NCBI GenBank assembly: GCA_963713045.1
Contig: CAVQKE010000004.1
Location: forward strand, 320,001-384,000
Length of the DNA: 64,000 nt
Direction of reading: 5' to 3'
Source: an uncultured delta proteobacterium
GTDB lineage: Bacteria; Myxococcota; Myxococcia; Myxococcales; Myxococcaceae
Both the position numbers and the translations under genes were made by a program. This document shows positions 53,529 through 64,000 of this stretch, piece by piece. Every line of letters begins with the position of its first letter. The stretch's first letter is position 1. Under the pieces are notes generated by a model that worked only from the letters and a program-made list of their open reading frames with translations, had not been told where the DNA came from and did no database searches.

Positions 53529-53975
53529 TTAGTCCTGGTTGCTCTCGACTGCCTTTTTCAGCACGTCGAGGATGGATTTCCAGTTCTTGCTGAGCGCCTG
53601 CTGGGCCCCCGTGTCGAGGGGCTTTCCATCCTGGTTCTCCTGGGTGACAGTCACCTTCGTTCCTGCGCCGCTTGGCGAGAGGAGGAAATCGACCAGGTGA
53701 TAGTTCTCCGGCTTGTCCGCTGTGCCCGCTAAGGCGCTCCAATGGGTGAAGCGCAGGTGCGTCGGTGGCGAGAATGCGGTGATTTCGCCCTTGTCCTCGA
53801 ATCTCTTCCCCTTCCATTCACCCCGAAACAGGATGGGACGCCCGACGCTCCAGTCCGTCTCGATGGTGCTTCCAAAAAAGCAGTCTCCGAGAATTTTTGC
53901 GGTGGTTAACGCCTTCCAAACCGAGTCGGGCGGCGCCCGCACCTCGGTCGACACCTGTGCCGCTTGAATCGCCAT
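53529..53975 (-). CDS. SRPBCC/AHSA1-like domain protein
   Basis: APPDSVWKALT, TDWSVG, DKGEI, HWSAL and NWKSILDVLK. GGAGG RBS. Confidence 0.85.
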   Translation of the reverse strand: MAIQAAQVSTEVRAPPDSVWKALTTAKILGDCFFGSTIETDWSVGRPILFRGEWKGKRFEDKGEITAFSPPTHLRFTHWSALAGTADKPENYHLVDFLLSPSGAGTKVTVTQENQDGKPLDTGAQQALSKNWKSILDVLKKAVESNQD

Positions 53976-54163
53976 CCGGGTTCCTCCCCCTTGGCTACTG
54001 GGTGGTTTGGGGCACTCGCAGTGCCCGAAAATGGGCACCGTTGCACCGTTGCGCAACCGGGCAAAGTCGCCTTGGCGTCCGGTGGTGGGGCTTCTGGGGA
54101 CGACGCGCCGGAAGGGTGCGAATTCGGGCCGCCCGCACCTGGCTTTAGCCTCGGGAAGGGGAG

Positions 54164-54192
54164 TTGCACCCCCCTTCCGGGAATGCTAAGAG
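54164..54192 (+). promoter_or_regulatory. Putative promoter of the S10 operon
   Basis: TTGCAC, 17 nt, TAAGAG with a TG extended -10, followed by GC-rich CCGCCCC. Confidence 0.45.
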
Positions 54193-54299
54193 CCGCCCCC
54201 CTTCGTCGCAGTCGGCAGCAGCTCTGTGACAAACCAGGTGGTACGAGGATGCACCTCTCTTTGCTGTGAGGGGAGGTGTCAGTCGAGGACGAGCGAAGC

Positions 54300-54608
54300 A
54301 TGGCGACTCAAAAAATCCGGATTCGGCTCAAGGCATACGACTCGAAGCTCCTCGACCAGAGCGCCGGGGAGATTGTGGAGACCGCGCGGCGGACGGGCGC
54401 GAAGGTCGCCGGCCCCATTCCTCTGCCCACCCGGATCAACAAATTCACGGTGTTGCGTAGCCCGCACGTGGACAAGAAGAGCCGCGAGCAGTTTGAGATT
54501 CGCACCCACAAGCGGCTGTTGGACATCCTCGAGCCCACCCAGCAGACGCTGGATGCCCTCATGAAACTGGACCTGTCGGCGGGCGTCGACGTGGAGATCA
54601 AGTCCTGA
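54300..54608 (+). CDS. rpsJ: 30S ribosomal protein S10
   Basis: [16 protein letters not shown] and [12 protein letters not shown]. Confidence 0.98.
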   Translation: MATQKIRIRLKAYDSKLLDQSAGEIVETARRTGAKVAGPIPLPTRINKFTVLRSPHVDKKSREQFEIRTHKRLLDILEPTQQTLDALMKLDLSAGVDVEIKS

Positions 54609-54647
54609 CCTGGGGGGCCACCCCTGGGGCAAGGACGGAGAACGGCC

Positions 54648-55265
54648 ATGAAGTTCGACGTGGTGGACCAAGCGGGAAAGAAAGTCGGCGAGATTGAACT
54701 CTCCGATGCCGTCTTTGGCGCCGAGCCCAACCCGAATCTCTTCTACGAAGCCGCCAAATTCCAGGCCGTCAACCGCCGCCGTGGCACGGTGGGCGTGAAG
54801 AATAGCAGCCTGGTGTCGGGCGGTGGGAAGAAGCCCTACAAGCAGAAGGGCACCGGCCGGGCCCGACAAGGCTCGATCCGTGCCTCGCAGTGGGTGGGCG
54901 GTGGCAAGGCGATGGCGCCGAAGGCCCGGGACTACACCTACCGGCCTCCGCGGAGCGTTCGGCGGGGAGCGCTGCGGGCCGCGCTGAGCTTACGGGCCAA
55001 GGAGAAGCGGCTCTTCATCCTCGACAAATTCGAGGCCTCGCCCAAGACGAAGGACACCCAGCGCATCCTCACCGAGGGCCTCAAGCTGCGGGAGGCGCTG
55101 GTGGTGGACTCGCGGAGCAACACCTCGCTCCACCGAAGTGTGCGCAACCTGGCGCAGTTCGACGTGCTGCCCCCGGAGGGGGTCAACGTGGAGTCGCTCC
55201 TGCGGCACACCGCGTTGGTCATCACCTCAGAGGCGGCCAAGGCCCTGGAGGGAGCGCTGGCATGA
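54648..55265 (+). CDS. rplD: 50S ribosomal protein L4
   Basis: [21 protein letters not shown]. Confidence 0.96.
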   Translation: MKFDVVDQAGKKVGEIELSDAVFGAEPNPNLFYEAAKFQAVNRRRGTVGVKNSSLVSGGGKKPYKQKGTGRARQGSIRASQWVGGGKAMAPKARDYTYRPPRSVRRGALRAALSLRAKEKRLFILDKFEASPKTKDTQRILTEGLKLREALVVDSRSNTSLHRSVRNLAQFDVLPPEGVNVESLLRHTALVITSEAAKALEGALA

Positions 55266-55555
55266 ATGCCACCGACGTCATCAAGGGTCCGCTCATCACC
55301 GAGAAACTGGACCGGGCCCGCGAGAAGTTCCGCCAATACGCCTTTGTGGTGGACCGCGAGGCCACCAAGCACGACGTCCAACGTGCGGTGGAAGCCTTGT
55401 TTCGGGTGAATGTGGAAGCGGTCCGAACGCACATCATTCGCGGGAAGACCAAGCGGGTCGGCCGCAGCATCGGCCAGCGGCCCAACTACAAGAAGGCCAT
55501 CGTCACCCTGAAGGCGGGCGACAAGATTGACCTCTTCGAGGGAGGGGCGGCCTAA
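55262..55555 (+). CDS. rplW: 50S ribosomal protein L23
   Basis: PLITEK, ATK and YKKAIVTL. Confidence 0.95.
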   Translation: MNATDVIKGPLITEKLDRAREKFRQYAFVVDREATKHDVQRAVEALFRVNVEAVRTHIIRGKTKRVGRSIGQRPNYKKAIVTLKAGDKIDLFEGGAA

Positions 55556-56401
55556 ATGGGCATCCGAAAGTTCAAGCCGACGTCCCCTGCCCGCCGTCTG
55601 ACGACGGTGTCGGATTTCGCGGAAATCACCAAGGCCCGGCCGGAGAAGACGCTGACCGAGTCGATGCGTCGCTCGGGGGGCCGCAACGTCCATGGCCACA
55701 TCACCCGTCGGCACCAGGGCGGCGGGCACAAGCGCCGCTACCGAGTCATCGACTTCAAGCGCCGTGACAAGGACGGCGTCGCGGCCAAGGTCGCGGCGGT
55801 GGAGTATGACCCCAACCGCACCGCCAATCTGGCGCTGTTGCACTACGCCGACGGCGAGAAGCGCTACATCCTCGCGCCGGTCGGCCTCCAGGTGGGGGAC
55901 GTGCTGCATGCCGGGCCGGACGCCGACATCCGTCCGGGGAACGCCCTGCCGCTTGGTACCATTCCGGTCGGCACCACCATCCACAACGTCGAGCTCAAGC
56001 CCGGCCGGGGCGGACAGATGATTCGTTCCGCTGGGACCTCGGGCCAGCTGATGGCGAAGGAGGGGGGCTATGCGCAGATTCGGCTTCCCTCAGGCGAGGT
56101 TCGCAAGGTGTTGCTCGAGTGCCGGGCCACCATTGGGCAGCTGGGCAACATCGAGCACGACATCATCCGTGTTGGCAAGGCCGGCAAGAGCCGCTGGCTC
56201 GGCATCCGTCCCACGGTGCGTGGCCTGGCGATGAATCCGGTCGACCACCCGCACGGTGGCGGCGAGGGCAAGAGCGGCCAGGGCAACCCCCACCCGGTGA
56301 GCCCGTGGGGAAAGAAGACGAAGGGTCTGACCACGCGCAAGAACAAGCGCACCACCAAGTTCATCGTCAGCGGCCGCCGCTCCGGCGTGCGAAGCCAGTA
56401 A
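55556..56401 (+). CDS. rplB: 50S ribosomal protein L2
   Basis: EYDPNRTA and [13 protein letters not shown]. Confidence 0.98.
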   Translation: MGIRKFKPTSPARRLTTVSDFAEITKARPEKTLTESMRRSGGRNVHGHITRRHQGGGHKRRYRVIDFKRRDKDGVAAKVAAVEYDPNRTANLALLHYADGEKRYILAPVGLQVGDVLHAGPDADIRPGNALPLGTIPVGTTIHNVELKPGRGGQMIRSAGTSGQLMAKEGGYAQIRLPSGEVRKVLLECRATIGQLGNIEHDIIRVGKAGKSRWLGIRPTVRGLAMNPVDHPHGGGEGKSGQGNPHPVSPWGKKTKGLTTRKNKRTTKFIVSGRRSGVRSQ

Positions 56402-56413
56402 GAGGAAGCGCCC

Positions 56414-56704
56414 ATGGCACGTTCCATCAAGAAGGGGCCCTTCGTCGACGCCCACCTGTTGAAGAAGGTGGAAGACCTCATCAAGGGCAACCAGAAGAAA
56501 GTGGTGAAGACCTGGTCGCGCCGGTCCACCATCCTGCCGGAGTTTGTCGGCCACACCTTCGCCGTGCACAACGGCCGGAAATTCATCCCGGTCTTCGTCA
56601 CCGAGAACATGGTTGGCCACAAGCTCGGCGAGTTCGCGCCCACTCGAACCTTCGTCGGTCACTCGGCGGAGAAGAAGGTGACCAAGGCGCCCCCTGCCAA
56701 GTGA
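56414..56704 (+). CDS. rpsS: 30S ribosomal protein S19
   Basis: KTWSRRSTI and [11 protein letters not shown]. Confidence 0.98.
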   Translation: MARSIKKGPFVDAHLLKKVEDLIKGNQKKVVKTWSRRSTILPEFVGHTFAVHNGRKFIPVFVTENMVGHKLGEFAPTRTFVGHSAEKKVTKAPPAK

Positions 56705-56715
56705 GCGAAAAGACC

Positions 56716-57075
56716 ATGGAATCCAAGGCGCATCTCAGAGATTTCCGGATGGCTCCTCGCAAGGTGGCGCTGGTGGCGGCCCTGGTGCGCGGCAAACCGG
56801 TGGGCTCGGCGTTAAACATTTTGAAGTTCACCCGCAAGGCCGCGGCTAAGCCGGTGGCCAAGCTCATCCGCAGCGCGGTGGCCAACGCGACAGACCTCTC
56901 CAAGGGGGAGGTCGACGTCGACGCGCTGTACGTCAAAACCATCTCGGTCGACCAGGGCACCACCCTGCGTCGATTCATGCCGCGCGCCATGGGGCGCGCC
57001 AGCCGCATCAACAAGAAAAGCAGCCACGTTCACGTGGTTCTCAGCGACGCGCCACTGGGCGCGAAGCGGAAGTAG
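56716..57075 (+). CDS. rplV: 50S ribosomal protein L22
   Basis: APRKV, SAVANA and PRAMGRA. Confidence 0.96.
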   Translation: MESKAHLRDFRMAPRKVALVAALVRGKPVGSALNILKFTRKAAAKPVAKLIRSAVANATDLSKGEVDVDALYVKTISVDQGTTLRRFMPRAMGRASRINKKSSHVHVVLSDAPLGAKRK

Positions 57076-57086
57076 GAGACATTTCC

Positions 57087-57746
57087 TTGGGTCAAAAAGT
57101 CCATCCAATCGGGTTTCGGCTCGGGGTCATCAAGACCTGGGACTCCAAGTGGTTCGAGCACAAGAACTACGCGCAGTGGCTTCACGAGGACATCGCCATC
57201 CGCGAGTTCGTGAAGAAGTCGCTCGGGCACGCCGGCGTCTCGAAGGTCGAAATCGAGCGCGCCGCCAACAAAGTGAAGGTCAACGTCCACACCGCGCGGC
57301 CGGGCATCGTCATCGGCAAGCGGGGAGCCGGCATCGAGACCATCAAGAAGGACCTGCAACGCTTCACCAAGAATGAGGTCTTTCTCAACATCGTCGAGGT
57401 CCGGAAGGCCGAAATCGACGCCCAGTTGGTGGCAGAAAACATCGCCACCCAGCTCGAGCGGCGCATCGCCTTTCGCCGGGCGATGAAGAAGGCCATCCAG
57501 ACGGCCATGAAATTTGGAGCCAAGGGCATCCGCGTGGCCTGCGCCGGCCGGCTCGGCGGCTCCGAGATGGCGCGCTATGAGTGGTACCGCGAGGGACGGG
57601 TTCCCCTACACACCCTCCGCGCTGACATCGACTACGGCTTCGCTGAGGCCAAGACCACCTACGGGAAGATTGGCTGCAAGGTGTGGGTGTGCCGCGGCGA
57701 GGTTCTTCCGAGCAAGGGAGCCGCTGCGGCGGCGTTGGCCCGCTAG
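57087..57746 (+). CDS. rpsC: 30S ribosomal protein S3
   Basis: TTG start, [12 protein letters not shown] and [14 protein letters not shown]. Confidence 0.98.
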   Translation: MGQKVHPIGFRLGVIKTWDSKWFEHKNYAQWLHEDIAIREFVKKSLGHAGVSKVEIERAANKVKVNVHTARPGIVIGKRGAGIETIKKDLQRFTKNEVFLNIVEVRKAEIDAQLVAENIATQLERRIAFRRAMKKAIQTAMKFGAKGIRVACAGRLGGSEMARYEWYREGRVPLHTLRADIDYGFAEAKTTYGKIGCKVWVCRGEVLPSKGAAAAALAR

Positions 57747-57768
57747 CCTCCTTGACGACGAGACCACC

Positions 57769-58188
<420 letters not shown>

Positions 58189-58199
58189 GGGACCAGCAC

Positions 58200-58418
58200 A
58201 TGGCCACTGCCAAGGAACTCAGGGAGTTGACGGTGCAGGACCTGGAGCGCCGGGCGATCGAGCTGCGGGAGCAGCTGTTTCGCGACCGGATGAAGCTCCG
58301 CACCGGGACGCTGGACAGCCCGACGCAACGACGCGAGCGACGCCGCGACCTGGCCCGGGTCCTGACGCTCATCACCCAGAAGAAGCGCGCCGCCACGCCC
58401 GCCAACAAGGACGCTTAA
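58200..58418 (+). CDS. rpmC: 50S ribosomal protein L29
   Basis: KELREL and RRDLARVLT, operon position. Confidence 0.93.
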   Translation: MATAKELRELTVQDLERRAIELREQLFRDRMKLRTGTLDSPTQRRERRRDLARVLTLITQKKRAATPANKDA

Positions 58419-58421
58419 GCC

Positions 58422-58727
58422 ATGGCCTCAGCGACACCGGAAACTCCCTCCCCCCGTGGACGCCCCAAGACGCGGGTGGGCATCGTCACTTCCAACAAGA
58501 TGCAGAAGACGGTGGTGGTGACGGTGAAGCGCCGCGCCGCGCACCGGGAATACGGCAAAATCCTGAGCCTCCACGCCAAGTACAAGGCGCATGCCGAGGA
58601 CCACGACTACCCGAAGAAAATCTCCCTCAACGAGGGGGACCGGGTGCGGATTGCTGAGACCAAGCCGACCAGCAAAGAAAAGCGTTGGCGGGTCATCGAA
58701 GTCATTGAGCGCAGCAAGAACACCTAA
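58422..58727 (+). CDS. rpsQ: 30S ribosomal protein S17
   Basis: [21 protein letters not shown] and KRW. Confidence 0.95.
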   Translation: MASATPETPSPRGRPKTRVGIVTSNKMQKTVVVTVKRRAAHREYGKILSLHAKYKAHAEDHDYPKKISLNEGDRVRIAETKPTSKEKRWRVIEVIERSKNT

Positions 58728-58738
58728 GGAGGACGTCG

Positions 58739-59107
58739 ATGATTCAGATGACATCCGTGCTCGACGTCGCCGACAACTCGGGCGCGAAGAAGGTGTTCTG
58801 CATCAAGGTGCTCGGTGGTTCGAAGCGCCGCTATGCCAGCATCGGCGATGTGATTGTGGTCAGCGTTCGCGAGGCGCTTCCCAATTCAAAGGTGAAGAAG
58901 GGCGACGTGGCCAAGGCAGTCATCGTGCGGACCAAGCGCGAGGTGGGCCGGCCGGACGGCAGCTTCATCAAATTCGACGGAAACTCGGCGGTCCTCATCA
59001 ACAAGGACCTGGAGCCAATTGGCACGCGCATTTTCGGCCCGGTGGCTCGGGAGCTGCGGGCCCGTAAGTTCATGAAGATTATCTCGTTGGCGCCGGAGGT
59101 GCTCTGA
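58739..59107 (+). CDS. rplN: 50S ribosomal protein L14
   Basis: [16 protein letters not shown] and SLAPEVL. Confidence 0.98.
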   Translation: MIQMTSVLDVADNSGAKKVFCIKVLGGSKRRYASIGDVIVVSVREALPNSKVKKGDVAKAVIVRTKREVGRPDGSFIKFDGNSAVLINKDLEPIGTRIFGPVARELRARKFMKIISLAPEVL

Positions 59108-59138
59108 AGCCACCGGCGGCTGGCACAGGGCAAACGCG

Positions 59139-59477
59139 ATGCAGAAGCTGAAAGTAGGCGACGTGGTGCAGGTGATGGCGGGCGCTGAGCGCAGCCTGAA
59201 GGACGCGGCCAAGAAGCGGGGAAAAATCACCGCCATCGACCACGGCAGCGGTCGGCTCAAGGTGGAAGGGCTGCGGTTGGTAAAGCGTCACGTCCGAAAG
59301 GGCCGGGACCGCAACACCCCCGAGGGGGGCATCATCGAAAAGCCGGGCAGCATCGCCATCGGCTCAGTCCGGGTGGTGTGCTCCAAGTGTGACCGTCCGT
59401 CGCGGGTGGGGATCCGGGTGGAGGGGGACCGCAAGGTCCGCTTCTGCAAGTCCTGCGAGGCCAAGATTGACGCCTGA
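59139..59477 (+). CDS. rplX: 50S ribosomal protein L24
   Basis: KOW GDVVQV and GGIIEK, with C-terminal CSKC...CKSC. Confidence 0.93.
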   Translation: MQKLKVGDVVQVMAGAERSLKDAAKKRGKITAIDHGSGRLKVEGLRLVKRHVRKGRDRNTPEGGIIEKPGSIAIGSVRVVCSKCDRPSRVGIRVEGDRKVRFCKSCEAKIDA

Positions 59478-59593
59478 GGGTGGACTGGGGCAAGAACGCC
59501 GCCCCGACCGTGGAGGCCACGCTTCCAGGGGCCTTGGGCAACTGACCGACGACCAGGGAGTCCCAGACGGGTCGCCGCAGCAGAGGAAACAGC

Positions 59594-60262
59594 ATGGCTG
59601 AGGAAAAGGACGACAAGGCAAAGGAAGCCAAGGCCAAGAAGGCGGCCGGGAAGCGCCGCGGCCGCGATGAAGTCAAACGGGCGGGCTTCGAGGCCAACAT
59701 CGAGGAAGGCCTCAAGACCGCGCCGGCTCGGCTCAAGCTTCGCTTTCGGAAGGACGGCGTGCCGTCCTTGATGAAGGAGTTCGGCTTCAAGAACCCGAAC
59801 CAGGTGCCACGACTGGAGAAAATTGTCGTGAACATGGGCCTCGGCGAGGCCCTGGCCAACAACAAGATTCTTGAGTCGGCGGTGGACCAGCTGGGAGCCA
59901 TCACTGGGCAGCGGCCGGTGGTGACGCGAGCCCGGAAGTCCATTGCCAACTTCAAGCTTCGCGAGGGCCAGGCCATCGGCGCGGCGGTCACCCTGCGCAG
60001 CGACCGGATGTACGAATTCATGGACCGCCTCATCAATGTTGCGCTCCCCCGGGTGCGCGACTTCAAGGGCGTCTCCAGCAAGGCGTTCGACGGCAAGGGC
60101 AACTACACCCTGGGCGTTCGCGAGCAGATTATTTTCCCGGAAATCAACTACGACCAAATCGAGAAGGTGAAGGGGCTGAACATCACCTTCGTCACCACGG
60201 CTCGCAATGACGAGCAAGGGCTGGCGCTGATGCGCCACTTCGGATTGCCCTTCCGCCAATAG
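59594..60262 (+). CDS. rplE: 50S ribosomal protein L5 with N-terminal extension
   Basis: [21 protein letters not shown] and FDGKGNY. Confidence 0.97.
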   Translation: MAEEKDDKAKEAKAKKAAGKRRGRDEVKRAGFEANIEEGLKTAPARLKLRFRKDGVPSLMKEFGFKNPNQVPRLEKIVVNMGLGEALANNKILESAVDQLGAITGQRPVVTRARKSIANFKLREGQAIGAAVTLRSDRMYEFMDRLINVALPRVRDFKGVSSKAFDGKGNYTLGVREQIIFPEINYDQIEKVKGLNITFVTTARNDEQGLALMRHFGLPFRQ

Positions 60263-60280
60263 CCCTTAGGTTCCCCACTC

Positions 60281-60466
60281 ATGGCCAAACTTTCAAAAAT
60301 TGCACAAGCCAAGCGCAAGCCGAAGTTCAAGGTGCGCGCCTACAACCGCTGCCCGCTGTGTGGGCGGCCGCGCGCGTTTCTGCGCAAGTTCAAGATGTGC
60401 CGCATCTGCCTGCGCAACCGCGCGCTGGCGGGCGAGGTCACAGGGCTGATGAAGAGCTCCTGGTAG
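60281..60466 (+). CDS. rpsN: 30S ribosomal protein S14, zinc-binding (type Z) form
   Basis: 61 aa with RCPLCGR...CRIC. Confidence 0.96.
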   Translation: MAKLSKIAQAKRKPKFKVRAYNRCPLCGRPRAFLRKFKMCRICLRNRALAGEVTGLMKSSW

Positions 60467-60554
60467 CACGCCAAGGCTGCTCCCCGCGAACCCCCCGGAT
60501 GGTCCGGGCAGGCGCGGCGCAGCGAGACAGTCGGAACACGAGAAACCAAAAGTC

Positions 60555-60953
60555 ATGCCTGTGAACGACCCGGTAGGGGACATGCTGACCCGCATCCGCA
60601 ACGCCTCGCGGGCGCGGCACGACAAGGTGGTCATCCCCACCTCCAAGCTGAAGGTGGAAATTGCCCGGGTGCTCAAGTCGGAGGGCTTCATCGCCGACTA
60701 CGTCGAGCACCAGAGCGGCCCCCAGGGCGAAATCACCGTCCAGCTGAAATACGGACCGGACAAGAGCCCGGTCATCGTCGGCATCCGTCGGGTGAGCCGT
60801 CCCGGCCTACGCCGCTACGTCCCAGTTCGCGACATTCCGCGGGTCCTCGGCGGTTTGGGAACCAGCATTCTGTCCACCTCGAAGGGCATCCTGGCAGATG
60901 GCGAGGCCCGCAAGCAGAATGTGGGCGGCGAGCTCATCTGCACGGTGTACTGA
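60555..60953 (+). CDS. rpsH: 30S ribosomal protein S8
   Basis: [15 protein letters not shown] and GGELIC. Confidence 0.97.
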   Translation: MPVNDPVGDMLTRIRNASRARHDKVVIPTSKLKVEIARVLKSEGFIADYVEHQSGPQGEITVQLKYGPDKSPVIVGIRRVSRPGLRRYVPVRDIPRVLGGLGTSILSTSKGILADGEARKQNVGGELICTVY

Positions 60954-60954
60954 C

Positions 60955-61521
60955 ATGAGCCGCATCGGAAGACTGCCCATCAAGCTGGAGGGAAAGGTGA
61001 AGGCGGCCTTGGCCGGCCGGTCGGTGCATTTCGAGGGGCCCAAAGGCAAGGTCGACGTCACGCTTCCCCCCGGAGTCACGGTCCAATTCAAGGATGGTCA
61101 GGTGCTGGTGGCCCGGCCCGACGACAGCCGGGAAGCGCGCAGTCTGCACGGCCTGGCGCGGTCCATCCTGGCCAACGCCGCCAAGGGCGTGGCCGTCGGT
61201 TGGGAGCGGAAGCTCGACATCCGGGGCGTTGGGTTTCGTGCCGAGGTCAAGGGGCGCCAGCTGCATCTGTCGCTTGGGTACAGCCATCCGGTGGTCTTCG
61301 ACTTGCCGGACGGCATCACCGCCGAAGTGGACAAGGTGGCCCGCACCGAGGACAGCCTGCCCACCATTGGGCTCACCCTGCGCGGAGTGAACCGCGAGAC
61401 GCTGGGTGAGGCTGCGGTGCGCATTCGGGCACTCCGCCCCCCCGAGCCGTACAAGGGCAAGGGCATCAAGTACGTCGAGGAACGCATCCGCCGTAAGGAA
61501 GGCAAGACCGGGACGGCCTAG
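60955..61521 (+). CDS. rplF: 50S ribosomal protein L6
   Basis: MSRIG, LGYSHP and PEPYKGKGI. Confidence 0.97.
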   Translation: MSRIGRLPIKLEGKVKAALAGRSVHFEGPKGKVDVTLPPGVTVQFKDGQVLVARPDDSREARSLHGLARSILANAAKGVAVGWERKLDIRGVGFRAEVKGRQLHLSLGYSHPVVFDLPDGITAEVDKVARTEDSLPTIGLTLRGVNRETLGEAAVRIRALRPPEPYKGKGIKYVEERIRRKEGKTGTA

Positions 61522-61581
61522 GCCACCCTTCATCCGCAACGGGGGAAGCCTCCATCCCCGTCGGACGGAAACGAGACCGCC

Positions 61582-61935
61582 ATGTCGAAGATTGACCACC
61601 GCCTCAAGAGGAAGCGCCGCATCCGGCGAAAGCTGGCCGGGACCGCCGAGCGGCCACGGCTCACCGTCTACAAGAGTTTGAAGCACGTCTATGCCCAGGT
61701 GGTCGACGACCATGCGGGGCGGACCCTGGCCTTTGCCTCGTCGTTGAGTAAGGAACTCAAAGGCAACACCGACGGCGACAAGAAGGCCGACGCGACACGG
61801 GTGGGCAAACTCATCGCCGAGAAGGCGAAAGCAGCCAAGGTGGAGCAGGTGGTTTTTGACCGCAACGGCTTCCCCTACCACGGCCGCATCGCGGCGGTCG
61901 CTGAGGCGGCGCGCGAAGCAGGCCTCAAGTTCTAG
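61582..61935 (+). CDS. rplR: 50S ribosomal protein L18
   Basis: RPRL and [11 protein letters not shown]. Confidence 0.97.
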   Translation: MSKIDHRLKRKRRIRRKLAGTAERPRLTVYKSLKHVYAQVVDDHAGRTLAFASSLSKELKGNTDGDKKADATRVGKLIAEKAKAAKVEQVVFDRNGFPYHGRIAAVAEAAREAGLKF

Positions 61936-61953
61936 CGAGAAAGCGAGTCACTT

Positions 61954-62463
61954 TTGGCAACACCAATCAACCCGAACGACTTGGACCTGAGCGACCGGGT
62001 GGTCAACATCAACCGCGTCGCCAAGGTAGTGAAGGGCGGCCGGCGCTTCTCGTTTGCCGCGCTGGTGGTGGTGGGCGACGGCAACGGCCATGTGGGAGTC
62101 GGCTTGGGCAAGGCGAATGAAGTTCCCGAGGCCATCCGGAAGGGTGGGGAAAACGCCAAGAAGAACATCTTCCGCGTCCCGCTTCAGGGTCACACCATCC
62201 CGCACGAGGTGCTCGGCCACTTTGGCGCGGGCAAGGTGCTTCTCAAGCCGGCGGCCGAGGGCACCGGCGTCATCGCCGGCGGCTCGGTGCGCGCGGTGCT
62301 GGAGGCCGCCGGCATCCGCAACATCCTGACGAAGAGTCAGGGGTCGCGAAACCACCACAACGTGCTGAAAGCCACCGTGCAGGGCTTGAAACAGCTGCGC
62401 TCACCGGAGCAAGTGGCTCGGCTTCGCGGCCGCGAGCTGGACCTCGGCCAACACCGGATTTAA
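61954..62463 (+). CDS. rpsE: 30S ribosomal protein S5
   Basis: TTG start, [11 protein letters not shown] and GTGVIAGG. Confidence 0.97.
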   Translation: MATPINPNDLDLSDRVVNINRVAKVVKGGRRFSFAALVVVGDGNGHVGVGLGKANEVPEAIRKGGENAKKNIFRVPLQGHTIPHEVLGHFGAGKVLLKPAAEGTGVIAGGSVRAVLEAAGIRNILTKSQGSRNHHNVLKATVQGLKQLRSPEQVARLRGRELDLGQHRI

Positions 62464-62476
62464 CCAGAGGAAAATT

Positions 62477-62746
62477 ATGGGGTACCGGGTCAAGTTAGTC
62501 AAAAGCATTGCCGGCGCGCCGCAGGTGCACGTGCGCACTGTGGCTGGCCTCGGCTTGAAGCGAATGGGCCAGGAACGGCTGCTGAAGGACAGCCCTGCGA
62601 CGCGGGGCATGGTGTTTACGGTGCGCCACCTGGTGCATGGCGAGGCCGTCAGTCAGGAGCCGAAGCCGGCCGTCCGGCGAAAGCCGCGCCAGGTTCGCGC
62701 CCGCGAGGCCGCTCGCCTCCATCGTGCAGAGAAGGAAGGGAAGTAG
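62477..62746 (+). CDS. rpmD: 50S ribosomal protein L30 with basic C-terminal extension
   Basis: KSIAG, LGL, RGM and VRHLV, operon position. Confidence 0.88.
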   Translation: MGYRVKLVKSIAGAPQVHVRTVAGLGLKRMGQERLLKDSPATRGMVFTVRHLVHGEAVSQEPKPAVRRKPRQVRAREAARLHRAEKEGK

Positions 62747-62748
62747 CC

Positions 62749-63258
62749 ATGTCGACGTTGAATCACCTCAGTCGGCCGCGCAACAGCTGGCACCGAAAGA
62801 AGCGCGTCGGCCGCGGTCAGGGTTCTGGCCTCGGCAAGACGGCCGGCCGCGGAGGCAAGGGGCAGAAGGCCCGGACGGGCAACATGCGCTTCGAGGGTTT
62901 TGAGGGTGGACAGAGTCCGCTGCAGAGGCGGCTGCCCAAATTTGGCTTTCTTGCGCCCAACCGCAAGCACTTCGCCGTCATCCATCTGGATGACTTGGCT
63001 GGTTTTCAAGCCGGCAGCACCGTGGACCAGGCCGCACTACGGGCGGCCGGGCTGGTGAAGGGCCAGTGGGACGGCGTCAAGCTGCTGGCCGGTGGGAGTC
63101 TTTCTGCGAAGCTGGTGGTGCAGGTGCACCGGGTGAGTGCGCAGGCCCGCGAGGCGGTGGAAAAGGCCGGCGGCTCGGTCGACTTGGTTCCGCTGGTGGC
63201 GCACGCGGCCGAGGCGGCCGGCAAGGCACATTCCGGCAAAGGTGTCCGCAAAGCATGA
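62749..63258 (+). CDS. rplO: 50S ribosomal protein L15
   Basis: RVGRGQGSGLGKTAGRGGKGQKAR and FEGGQ. Confidence 0.97.
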   Translation: MSTLNHLSRPRNSWHRKKRVGRGQGSGLGKTAGRGGKGQKARTGNMRFEGFEGGQSPLQRRLPKFGFLAPNRKHFAVIHLDDLAGFQAGSTVDQAALRAAGLVKGQWDGVKLLAGGSLSAKLVVQVHRVSAQAREAVEKAGGSVDLVPLVAHAAEAAGKAHSGKGVRKA

Positions 63259-63330
63259 CCCAGGGTCCACCCTGTCGCCTGACGCCGTCCTTTGGGTAGG
63301 CTCACGAGCAACCACCAGGTGCCCTAGAAC

Positions 63331-64000
63331 GTGAACGCCTTCATCAACGTCTTCCGCGTCGCCGAGCTTCGCGCTCGGCTGGCCTACACGCTGGTCCTGT
63401 TGGCGGTGTACCGCCTGGGCGTCTTCATCAACACCCCGGGTGTGGACCGGGCGGCGATGAACGCCTACATGGAGCAGCAGCGGCAGCGCGGCGGGTTGGT
63501 CAGCCTCTTCAATCTCTTTTCGGGCGGCGCGCTCGACCAGATGTCCATCTTCGGCTTGGGCATCATGCCGTACGTCTCGGCGTCCATCATCATGCAGCTT
63601 TTGGCGGTGGTGGTCCCGTCGCTGGAGCGGCTGCAGAAAGAGGGAGCTGCCGGACGGCAGAAGCTGAACCAGTACACCCGCTACGGAAGCATCGCCCTCT
63701 CCATCATCCAGGGCATCGGCATCGCGCGTTGGCTGGCCAGCCTCGGCCGGACGCCGACCACCATTCGCGGGGTGCACGTCGAGATTGACCAGATTGTGGT
63801 CCCCAACGACAGCATTTGGTTCACGCTGATGACGGTCATCACCCTGACCGCCGGTACCGCCTTCATCATGTGGCTCGGCGAACGCATCACCGACCGGGGC
63901 ATTGGCAACGGCATCAGCCTCATCATCTTCGCCGGCATCGTGGCTCGGATGCCGTCGGCCGCCTCACGCCTGGTGGAGGTGGTGCGCGGGGACCGGGCGT
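63331..64000 (+). CDS. secY: Preprotein translocase SecY (3' end outside the window)
   Basis: GTG at 63331, YRLG, FSGGA, LGIMPYVSASII, YTRY and MWLGERITDRGIGNGISLIIFAGI. Confidence 0.96.
   Translation, partial: MNAFINVFRVAELRARLAYTLVLLAVYRLGVFINTPGVDRAAMNAYMEQQRQRGGLVSLFNLFSGGALDQMSIFGLGIMPYVSASIIMQLLAVVVPSLERLQKEGAAGRQKLNQYTRYGSIALSIIQGIGIARWLASLGRTPTTIRGVHVEIDQIVVPNDSIWFTLMTVITLTAGTAFIMWLGERITDRGIGNGISLIIFAGIVARMPSAASRLVEVVRGDRA

Overview
High-GC (roughly 70% by eye) bacterial core-chromosome window, most likely from a myxobacterium (Myxococcota). This is inferred from the TIGR02266-like PilZ protein, the DUF4388-like protein, the zinc-ribbon/FHA/Ser-Thr kinase genes and the extended L5 and L30. 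In order it contains: the 3' part of a PhoH gene; dnaK; a signalling block (diadenylate cyclase-like, dksA, FHA, kinase, FHA, rel, ridA); a tandem DsbA, tusA, PilZ, an ABC exporter and a PBP; a ~10.5 kb minus-strand run (ferritin-like, thiS, thiG, thiE, ccmABCDEFGH, TPR, HAD, EVE); several hydrolases; an S8 lipoprotease; plsB-like, argS, dnaJ and rimI; and the str, S10 and spc ribosomal operons running into secY. The best hidden signal is a lipoprotein TlpA-like thioredoxin (40345-40869) that the ORF track splits in two. Its in-frame TGA sits exactly at the first position of the redox motif (U-K-V-C) and is followed by a hairpin that fits the bacterial SECIS model, so it is a probable selenoprotein. 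Other points of note: rplC is missing from the S10 operon; an antisense SRPBCC gene sits between tuf and rpsJ; a diiron ferritin-like gene is coupled to thiS in a thi cluster with no thiO or thiH; ThiS ends GGGA; and three genes carry single-base-deletion frameshifts (dnaK, a hydrolase, the S8 protease), probably assembly errors. I could not support any rRNA, tRNA, CRISPR array or mobile element. All family calls come from reading motifs by eye; no searches were run.
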